A stretch of 64,000 nt of DNA from Botryllus schlosseri (taxonomy: Eukaryota). Of this stretch, positions 25,383 through 36,400 are shown piece by piece. The notes beneath the pieces are model-generated. The model made no database searches, had not been told where the DNA came from, and worked only from the letters and a program-made list of their open reading frames with translations. The position numbers and the translations under genes are program-made. The stretch lies in assembly GCA_051294905.1 (NCBI GenBank), contig CM119374.1, positions 18,600,001 through 18,664,000 on the forward strand, read 5' to 3'. Positions within the stretch are counted from its first letter, which is position 1. Every line of letters starts with the position of its first letter.

Positions 25383-26506
25383 ATGCGACTCTTATCACGA
25401 AACTTTCGCGATTTGTTTGCTACTTTAGCTTCCCTCAATGATGCACTCGCCGGAAAGAAAGGATGTCGACAAATTGTTCATTTTTGTTAAACTAAATTAC
25501 AACTTTAATGACAGAGCGATAATATTATCAAGACACATGGAATCAAGGCCAGTGCATATGAAATGCTTATAGGATTTACAAAGAATAGTTTTGTTCAAAT
25601 CAAATTTGATGTTCAATTCAATTCAAAGGAGCTCTCTTTGTCGAAATCGGCATGTTAATTTTCAAGCTCTTTTGTTTCCTTCGATACAAGTGCAGACTCG
25701 GGTCGAGCAGTTGCCCCTGTCAGATTGTAACTAATGTTGTGCACTTATCATGTAATATTAACGGTGTCACCTTATTGATCATGTTTTTCTATTTTACGAT
25801 AATTTCTGTTTAAAATATACAATGTACCTTTTGACTGAAAAGCTTTTGAACTGCATTTATGGGATATTAGGATGGCTTGAGTTATTACTTGAATTGGATC
25901 CATGTCATGCATACAGACTGGAATCTCATTGATAAATGGTTACGAGCTATAGCCGGACGAAACTTACTGCGGCTGAAATCGGTCAATTGTTTTAATATTG
26001 CATTGTGGGTCTTGTCTCTTATGAATTAGAACATTGAATCAAATTTGAAATGAACGAAATTGGTTGGAACGTTGAAGGCCCCAAATCATGAAATGCATTG
26101 TGCTTGTAAATTTTTGTTCATCTTTTGGCATTGATTCCATTCTAAATGCTAATATGTCAGGAAAATTGTAGCCTTTTGACAGTCTTGCAAAAATTATGTG
26201 TGGTGGCCTATCTAATAATATTCTTTTGTTGTCAAATTATCTAGAGGTTATTATATGTAATTTTGATTGCTTCTGAGCTAGTTGCAATTATTTCATTATG
26301 ATCTAACCGGTAGATATAGCCAATTGATGGTTATTTCTCAGATGTGCATGATCATGGCATTTTAAATTGAATATCAGTATGTCATGAGTATCATCAATAT
26401 TTTAGAAAATTCAATGGTGTGAGTCATTTTTATGAGACGGTGTATTCTGTTATATATTTGTCACTATTTAGCATATCTAATCATGTTGGGGTATGAATCT
26501 ATATGA

Positions 26507-29500
26507 ATGGATGCTACGATAATCGGAAAAGCTATTACGCCGATCAGTCATGAACGTCTTTTGCAACTTCCTTACTGCAATCGCGCGAACGATTGGAATA
26601 CAAAGAGAATGCCGTTGTCCAAACGCTACGCTGATTTGAAGTCTCTTCAAATATATCATGACAAAATGGATGACGGACAATTTTCAAGCCGGCACGACCC
26701 CGCGCATGAAAGGACGGTTACTAATCTATCACCTATCTTTCGTAATATGTCACTGTCGGAGACTTACAATTTTGCACGCGCGCAACTGCAGTGTATGCCA
26801 TATCAGAAACAGCGTAAGCGCACGCACACTCCAATTTTGGCATTCCCCAAAGTTAACACTATGAATAAGGAAGCGCACGATACCAATTTAGAGGTATCAA
26901 AATATAATGATATGAAGCCATCATCGCTAAGCGAAACTTTAGACAAGCCCCAAACATCGACAAGGAAAAACGCACAATTAACCCCGCTCAAAGTACAACG
27001 CCGAGCAAAAAGTGTAACGACCCACCGAAGACACCGTAAGAGCAGCACACGACGGAAAAAGAATGTCCGCGCCGTGAGTCGAAGATCGCGAAAAGAGTCA
27101 TCGAAACCCGCGAACGAAATTGCAATAACCCCGGTACGCACGAGTACATCGTTTCCTTCCAAACTGAATGCTGCTGCAGGCAACCATCGAGGTTACGAGA
27201 CTCGGTCGAGCGTCACTTCGCACAGTGGCAGACCAGGCCCTATCTACGCCAACAGAGATATTCTTCGATTTCGGCCGTCGCGGCCTTCGACGAAAAAGGA
27301 TTCTTTTGATCTTGAAGCCAACGACCCGCTGCTATCTTCACTCGGTGAGACGAAATATGCGTTGTCAAAGACGTTCTGGCAGCTAATATATCCGAATCTG
27401 TTTTAGATATGTCTACGATCAGCAAAAAGGTAAACATGTTTTCGTTTTACCTTTTTTATGCACGATTCTAACCAAGTCATCAGTCAGTTTGACTTTACAG
27501 TTTTGACTCGAGTCATGTTCCACCGAGCGAGATAGTGTAATGGTTATGCGTCCGGCTTCTCGAGCGGTAGGTCGTGGGTTCGATTCCCGGCCGGGTCATA
27601 CCAAAGACTCGAAAAATGGTATCCGCAGCTATCCTGCTAGGCGCTCAGCAATCACGGATAGCATGGAGGAGAAAAAAAACGGGGGCGCACACTAGATGAC
27701 CTCATGGGGCCGTATCGCAACTCCGTCGCCAAAGCATCTCGATGGTGCAGGCGAGAAAGAATATCATATCTCTCTCTCTCTCTCTCTCTCCACTCACTTT
27801 TTCGAAACACTTGGGTGGTATCGAAGGCCTCATAATATACTCATTTTTTTGCACTCTTAACATGTTTATTCAAACACTTGGTCGAGTCATGCACAATTAC
27901 TTGAGTACAAGTCGAGTCATTTTTCATTTTTAAGAAAATGACTCGAGTCAGGTCAAGTCAACGAAAAATTCCGACTCGATTCACTACAACCTTTTTGAAA
28001 TGCTAGACTGGAGTTTACCAATTGTTGACCGAATATTTGTTCCGTAGATGTTTTCCAATTTGCGTTGTCGGCTTCGGACAGTCTGCCACGTCCCCTAAAG
28101 AATCCGCACTCTTTCGAAACTTTACTAAAGAAATAGAAGAGGAGCATGTAGGGATTCTATTTATACCGTTAACGTTCAAGGCAGGCTCAACTGCCAGGTT
28201 TCATTTATTGTTAATCCATAACTTGGAGTCAAGGTTCCTTTGCGTATCGAAAATGACATTGCCAAAATTGGCCTCCGATAGCATAAAAGATTTGGCTGGT
28301 GTCTGCATATCTTTTAAAATTTGGAGACAGGATTATATCCAGCGCATGCACATATTACTTTCAGTTTTACAACGTTCAATGTGCAAAATATAAGTAGTGG
28401 TTAATCGATGTTAAGCAAAAGTGGTAATACTAGAATAATCACCAATACAATCAGTAGTACAATAAGGCAAAACCTCAATGAGTGCTCTGAGAAAGTGAGA
28501 GTATTTCGTTACTAAGCACCTTTGCTTGTAAACTCTGGTATGCGAGACCATCAGTGTAGTTTGTCTGCTCTTGTGGCATCTAGCTTGTACATGGATATAT
28601 TTAGTTTTGTTTCTTTTTGTTTAGTGGCATGATTTACCACTTTGACTACGTCGTATGGGAGTAATTATGGCAGCCGGAATGCGATTTCAAATTCACCATT
28701 TTTTGTAATAGGGCTCTCGAGAGCTGTCCACCCGAATCCAGTTGATCCATCGATATGGGAATGAAGATGTCATCCAGAAGCACATGGAGATGAAAAAGAA
28801 AAGAGAGATGGTTGTCAGGCTGGAAAACAGAGTTCTCGAACAGCAAGCTAACGAAAGGAAGAAGGAAAAGCAGAGGTTAAAGGTGAGAAACACAGATATT
28901 CCGGACTTATTTATGACTTTCCAGTCTCTTTTGAGATTTCAATAAAAATATTCTGGTGATAGCAAATTGTTCTTGATCAGGATTGGGTTCTCGAAGTAGC
29001 CTAAGCTAACGCATATAACAGTGTTTATGTTTCGCTACGAACCAACTATTAACATGATGTCTATGGGCTACTACAGGATGTGTCTTGGACCACCTGACTC
29101 ATGTTTTTTGGTTTTATACAGTGAATCAACTTCAAATCCATGGAAAATATGATTATGTCACAAATGCCACATAATTTCCAACATTTGAGCTCCACTCACA
29201 TTATCAGGCATTTGCTATTGGCGAAAGTTAGTCACACAGCTTTTAGTGAATGACTTAAAGCTGTTGACTTATGCAATTCTGAAATTCGTTGCTGTGAATG
29301 GCATACAGTTTTCTTTCGACGGAGATCAAGCCACACACCCATCTCATACAGCACAGCTCACACTGATTTTTCCTGAATATTCACTATAATATTGTTTGTT
29401 TGAAAATCATGTTTCAAGGTTTAGTTCTTTTAACACTCTTATTGATACACGGGTCATTTTGTGAACAACTATTCTATAATAATGAATTAGATGTTTATGC

Positions 29501-29934
29501 TGTAGGCTTGTGATTCACCTAAAATTTGGGGTGCACCGATGGCTTGGAACCACTGCTTTCGAGTGAATGGAAGTTGTATCATATGTGGATAATGTTACAC
29601 AACAATGGCTCGCTGCACAATTCAGATATAACCTACCATTATTTCGATGTACGAAATCAGATTCTTCTGTTCAATACAATTGAACTAAGGCTTGTTATCA
29701 GGTGTCACTGTGTTGCGGGAACAATGGACCAACACTGACCTATACCAGACAATAATAAAGTAATTGTTGGCGTGTGGCCCTCCTGGTGTTTATTATAGAG
29801 CAATGTGCACAATTGCCTACCTGTGTCTTATCACAATGTCCTGATAATGTAATTTGTTGCAGATCTATGCACTTAACAAATTGATGACAAAGTTGGAGCT
29901 TGAACAATTTGAAGAATTCAAGAGGAGCTTATAA
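26507..29934 (+). CDS. Uncharacterised ~389-aa protein: basic disordered N-terminus plus C-terminal SVBP/CCDC23-like helix (5-exon model)
   Basis: Exons 26507-27344 (G|gtgaga), 27407-27429 (ttttag|AT ATG TCT...AAG|gtaaac), 28082-28147, 28712-28882 and 29863-29934; 1170 nt, phase-consistent. The C-terminus ERKKEKQRLK|IYALNKLMTKLELEQFEEFKRSL* resembles SVBP [32 protein letters not shown]. Linkage of exon 1 and the identity of exon 3 are inferred. Confidence 0.65.
27470..27990. repeat. Degenerate GACTCGAGTC-motif MITE, interrupted by the SINE
   Basis: Several GACTCGAGTC(A) motifs on both sides of the SINE; the same motif family occurs at 61602-62130 and ~63137-63350. Ends are not defined. Confidence 0.5.
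27522..27790 (+). mobile_element. tRNA-derived SINE (Pol III A and B boxes, conserved central domain, (CT)n tail)
   Basis: A box TAGTGTAATGG, B box GGTTCGATTCC, then GGGTCATACCAAAGACTCGAAAAATGGTATCCGCAGCTATCCTGCTAGGCGCTCAGCA (resembles the recalled Meta-type SINE core), and a CT tail. It sits in intron 2 of the SVBP-like model, inside a GACTCGAGTC-rich repeat. Confidence 0.85.
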
Positions 29935-30454
29935 AGTCGTTTTTTGCCTACATACTTCACTTGCCGCTATCTATGAGATTGTATCTGAAATGATTACCTA
30001 CAAGTACATTGTATGACTACATATGAGAGAATGGTCATCTTTGTCTGGATATCGAATGTTGCACAAAGGGATTGTTGCAGTTATGCAGAAACATACGTTT
30101 TTAAGGAAAATTATACAAGCACTTAGCTGCTGCCAACAGGCACTCAACGTATATTGGAAAATTTACTGGAGCTTGAGTCATTCAACATTTTGACCTCCTT
30201 GTAAGTTATGAGCACATTGAAGCAGTCCTGATTAAAAAAAAAACAGAATTTGATTATTCTAGTAATTCTTTGACTCGCCATTGTTGCCTTTTGTGAAATG
30301 TTCATTCCACATCGGATATTTCGATATACCACACGACACATAATCATTCACACATATCCTACAAGCTTTTTATTAACATTTGAATGTATCGAATACCATA
30401 ATAAAGCGACGAAAGCACTACAATAAAATATAAGATTGCAAAATTTTCATGCCA

Positions 30455-33400
30455 TCAATATTGACACTCATGGGAGCAGGAACATGCTTGCGCACTCAGC
30501 AATTCGACTGCATAGCCACACGTTGTGTTGGCAATGATCACGAAATCAGAAGTTCTCCTGCAGCAGCCGCAAAAATCTGAAATATAATCCAGGGTGAGAC
30601 GAGTGGCTAGAAACAATATTAGTACAGACTAGGGAATCATAGTTCAAGGTTCCCTTCATGAAGTCTCCAATAACTAACATAACAGTGTATAAACTGGTCA
30701 CCTTGAGATACTCTTCAATGTTAGTTACAATCCTTTTTTAGGATTTTTAGAATCCTTTTATACTAGTTTGAAAATCCTTGGAAATCGCTCATCCCTGTGC
30801 TTGAATATGTTTTGGTAATTTTTGCTTTTCCTGTCATTAATCTGTTTTTGCATATAGCATTCTTTGAATTTTATACGGCGGCGAATTAACAAAATGAATG
30901 CAAAGGGTTTACTAGGTAAGAGTTTGAAAAATTTTGGGAACCCCTGCCTAGACTGATCATTACAAAATATATTCAAACTAGATATCAATTGGAAGCAAGA
31001 GAGAAGAGTATAAGTGTAGGCTTCAAAATTTATGAAGTACCATCAGGATCTAGAGCAGTGGTTCCCAACGTGGGCGATATCGCCCCCCAGGGGGCGATTT
31101 GGCGATCTAGGGGGGCGAAAATGACGAAGGGGGCGACAGGGGGGCGAAAATGGACAAAGGGGGCGACGGGGGGCGAAAATAGCGAAGGGGGCGATGACGC
31201 GTAAAACGGCTGACCTTTTTTTTTTTTTTAGTCATCCACCTAGCAATGCGGAGCGAAAAAACGTTATTTTCAGCTCTGAGCGGAGAAAGATGACCTTTTT
31301 TTTTTTTTTTTTTAGTTAACCCGCCGGTGATTACAGTCTGTATGCCCAATTATCGGTGCACAAAATTTGGGGGGCGATGATCGGTGTTGACCTTGAAAAG
31401 GGGGCGATGGGTCGAAAAAGGTTGGGAACCACTGATCTAGAGTTTAATGAAAGAAATTTGCATTGGAATTAGGCGTGTCTATCCTGGCATATTCATTATA
31501 TTATCAAACCATAATTTCGAGTACGAACCTACATTGATTCACAATACAAATAGTGATGAATTATGTATGTAAAATAGCTTTCATTTACCAATAGTCTTCT
31601 TAGAATCCAACATTTGGAAGTTGGATTTAATATCACAATAGCCCATGCAAACTCCAACGGTGACATAGTCAATGATGGCACAGTTCTGGTTGTCGGCATC
31701 CGTAAAGTTGATACGTCGCGTTTCATTCACCACACCGCATTTCCTGCAAGTTTCTGCAACGTTGAGCAGAAATTAGAATGCCAGGAGATGGCAAATAACG
31801 GCAGCAGGGAGAATAGCATATTCCAGATGGCGGTAGTATCAAACATTGTCTGCAAAACTTTTCCGCTCGATTCCAATTTAAATGTGCATCTTCACTACAA
31901 TAAATCAGTCATGGGACGAATCTTGGATAGGGATTCAGACTGCAATTGAAATTGAGTCCATGCGCCAAAAAAGAAGTTAGGGGGGGAATTGGTGACGGTG
32001 TTCAGTAAATTTGCAGTTTGTTCAAATTAATGGTTCGGAAAATTCAGCAGCAGTTAATATTATAAGGTTATTTCTTAAAGACCATAAACCAGTGTTGGCG
32101 GCCCCTGGCATGCGTGCCAAAAGTGACATGCGCGGTGATTCTTCATGGCACACCAGATGATTTGACGCACGCAACATTGTAACCATGTCTGATTAGCGGG
32201 ATTTAGTGTCACCAGATTTTCTTGATTTCAATATGGGTATGCCCCTTCCAAAAAATGTGGAAAAAATATAAACGAAACAGTCCAACGCAGGGTCTCCGTC
32301 CTCAGCCATATTCTAGCTAGATCAACCAATCGGGCGTCGTCAGCGTCACTTCCCGGCTCGCTGACGGCAAGTCACCGAGTATCCCTGTTGGTCAAGGATC
32401 TTCTTATTGCAACCTTGTATTCACCTCGATTGCAAACGACAGGTACCTCACGTCACCAGTATGGGCTTCCCGCAGCCCCAACACATCTTAGTATGTAGTT
32501 ACTCTCACCGTTTACCCGTATTTATACTGTTTTTTTGCTAAAACTAGTTTTGTGTTCACAATAGAGAAAACTTTTTTCTTAGGACCTATAAAAACATGAT
32601 GTTTCTGCAGCTTTTGAGCTATATATCATGACTCTACGACTAGTGGTTGCCGAGATATGCAATTTTACCCCCGTGCACACATAAATTGTGGGATTGTCGG
32701 ATGGAAAATGGGGGCGATCCCCTAAATTCAATTTTTATTGAAGTTTCAGGTCATTTGTCTGGATTTAAGAACCCCCTTTTTCGATTTGAAAAAATGTCAT
32801 TTTCACACCACCCTATTGAATATCATGCACTAATAATACATTTGCTGTGACCAAGCCTGCACCATCAAGTGAAAGAGCATCCCATGCAAATAGGAGCATG
32901 TCATATTCAAAATAAACACAACATAAATGTGGCTACACTGAAAATTGAGAACAGATTGCCAAAACAAGCGGGATATTTTGCCGCACTGACATTTTAAATA
33001 TGGACCTAACTAAAGGACGTTGTGAATTGCAGCACATCTTCAACATTATGAACACTTGGGGTTGAGGCCACAATTGCATCGTGATAACTCTTGCTGCGGT
33101 TAGTTTAGGGTCCAGAAAAATATCCCAGTTAATCTCTACGAGAGAGCACAGGATATTTTCAAAATGGAAACTGGGCCACTTAGATATATGAATTTCAAGA
33201 ACCATCAATCCACACGGAGTTATAGAGAAGATTAAGCTACCTGTCACCAGGGGTGGTCAGTAACCAAGTACTTCTACTTTTGGGAAGTACTCAAGTAGTT
33301 TTCCTCTACTTCTCGTATTTATTCAAGTAGATCTGATTTCTACTTCTACTTCATAATATTTTGCGATCCACTTACTTACTTTTCGCTATTTTCAGTTTGT

Positions 33401-36400
33401 CAAGTAGAAGTAGTTCAAATCCCAATACGAAAGATAGCCCGAGGAATTTCAGGGCTGTTTTTACAGAGTACCAACATTTAATAGTCATAAAAGTCAAGTA
33501 AAGCCTGAAAATTTTGTTGCGCTTCGTGCACAGTAGTTATGTAGTGACAAATATGTTTTCACAGAAGTATCAGTGAATATAATTTAGGTACCGGATTGCT
33601 TGGTTCCGCTCACTCCGCATTGTTGCCCATATCAAATATTTCATCACAGTAAGTATGGCACACCATAACGTTTGAAACTACTGTTTCGCAATCTAGCAAT
33701 TACCTATCATATCGTAATCTAGCAGCCCATGACGTGTCCTGCTAATCTGGAAAATCCGGCTTTTTTGAACGTTACACATGTTGTAGCAGATCACCTTTGA
33801 AGCTTTATGGACAAAAGACGGCTTATATTTTCCGCTTTTTGTAAGTGGTATTTGTGTTTCATTTTCAATTCCGAGTATCATGCTTTGAGTTCTGATTATA
33901 CTTTCAGTTCTTTTGTCTACATAACATACATGTTGAAGCATAAAAGAGAGTATAGTAATGCCTCTATTTTCCGAAAATAAAACTACACTAAATCTAAATT
34001 TTACGATCCACAATATTTGCTATTAACATATACTAATCGTGCAAAGTGTTGAAACCGTATCCGATACAACTTCTCCGTATTTCTCTTCGCCTAAACTTGA
34101 GGCCTTATAATATGGGGTGGGGCGCCACGCGAGGATATTCTCTAAAACGGGGTCTTCTAGTAAACAAAGGATTAGTATCGCATTTCATATCAATACTATA
34201 ATTTCCATCCCATGATGCGAAAGAATGCTTATTCTGTAGAAAATTGTTACCTCCTGCGATGCATCAATACCAATCAAGCTCTCTGCAACTTCCGCATAGC
34301 TCAATTTGGAGCTTTTGACAGTCCATGCGAACGAATTCAGACTGTGTTCAAAACTACTTACTTACTTGAGTAGATTTAAAGTAAGTCAATTCTACTTCTA
34401 CTTCAAGTAGTTTTAGGTGGCTAACGGAATAAGTACTTCTACTCGTACTTGAGTAGATTTTTTCGTTGCTACTTCTACTTTTACTTGAGTAGCTTTCATG
34501 ACTACTTTGACCACCTCTGCCTGTCACACACATGAGTTAAAACTTGAAATGTAGAGAAACCATCACCGTCCCCGAACGATGCGGAAATCGAAAGAGCAAA
34601 TAGGACCAAACCCCTCAGTGAAACTACAATGAGCTCGGTCAATAATGTTGCATAAAATGAATGCATAATATTTATTGTCCACTTACATCCAAAGATAAAG
34701 AGCTTTTCATTTATAACACTGGGCAAAAATTTCGAACGAAAAATTTGTTGACTTTCATTCGCACTCGATCTAGCCTGATTTTGGCACGCTGATTCCAAAA
34801 ATGCCACTGGTTTTCTTCTATCACGTCAACTTTTTGCTCTACGACATATGCCTAAAATATGCAAATTTTCATGAATTTAGCCATATTACTTTTCCACATC
34901 ATATAAAAAATCCATACTATTACCATATAATAAGTTATATAGTCAAGGGCTCGATTGAATTATGTAGGAAAAAGGTACTGGTATCGATCTAGGCCGATAC
35001 TTTCACCCATTTTTGGTTACAGGATGCAATCATCCGAGGATATTTGACACATATATTTGATGCAAACTGCAGGATATGGCAAGAAAAATGAACATGACAT
35101 TTGCTATCAGCTACAGGTCCAATGCCCCATTCAGCTTATCCAGTGTAACCTGAAACTCCTATACGCTCGACAATTTGGATCAAGATGAAGGTCTTAGGGA
35201 TAGCAGGCCAAATGATGAAGATTTTGAAATCGAAGTTGATTCAGAACGTAGAGTAGTCGTTCAACACGAGTTATTGATGTGACATAAGCTTTGGGACTTG
35301 GAATAGAAATCTTCAGAAGTTTTAACATCCTTATGAAGTGAGAAAAGAATACTTGAACATTGAATTGAACATTGAATTATTGTAATATCAAGAACACGAT
35401 TGGATCATGAGTCAGCTTTGAAATATTGTGTTTTCTAGTGGTCAGACAATAAGGATACACATACCGTAACCCTGATACACATGTGTCACTTCCATATGTT
35501 TATGTCGGACAGCAGAAATTCAAAAAAGCTAAAAATCTAAATAATTTCCATAAAAACCTGGACATAGTAAGAGATGGACAAGGAGAAAATGTTCCCCAAC
35601 ATATGAAGATGATGGGGGTAAGATAACAGAGTAGATTGGAGCTAATATATGTTAGCTGACTATTGCTCGAGTATCAAACTAGAAAACCTACAGAATTACA
35701 CGTCATTAGCGTAAATTTGGACCCTGAAACTCGTACTTTATTTGTCATGTAGAAGCAAAAAAACGGAAATCATTTTTGAATTCAGCGCCCAAAAGTTAGT
35801 CCAAATCAATTACCTGATCAAAGTCAACAAAAATAGTGTCGACCAGTGTAATCAATGTGTTAATTACCTGGTTCTATAGGTGCAGGCATTTCCGTTCCAT
35901 TGAAAATATGATGAGGGGTACTCAAAGTAGAATAACCCGAAGCTGTTTCTGCTGATCCTGTTTGTAGTGGAATAGTTGATCCTCCAACTCCAGATGTAAC
36001 AGTTGTTACTCCACCTACGGGTGCCGTGGCCGATCCTTCAACTCCAGTTGTGACTCTACCTACAGGAACAGTGGCTGATCCTCCAATTGCAGGCGTGACA
36101 GTTGATACTCCACCTACAGGCGCAGTGGCTGATCCCCCAACAGGACCAGTCGCGGTTCCTCCAATGGCGGGCGTGACAGTTGATACTCCACCTACAGGCG
36201 CAGTGGCTGAACCCCCAACAGGACCAGTGGCTGTTTTTCCAATTGCAGGCGTGACAGTTGATACTCCACCTACAGGCGCGGTGGCTGATCCCCCAACAGG
36301 ACCAGTGGCTGTTCCTCCAATTGCAGGCGTGACAGTTGATACTCCACCTACAGGTGCCGTGGCTGATACCCCAACAGGACCAGTGGCTGTTTCTCCAATT

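Noticed and set aside
26658-27437. Short ORFs overlapping the 26507 exon
   Set aside because: Shadows of a GC-richer coding exon.
27522-27595. tRNA-like A/B boxes
   Set aside because: No complete cloverleaf; it continues into a SINE body with a second genomic copy.
31614-31949. 111-aa + strand ORF
   Set aside because: Antisense to the mucin CTCK exon.
32933-33247. Candidate extra mucin exon
   Set aside because: Phase does not fit between 35868 and 31753, which already join in frame, and there is no domain-like Cys pattern.
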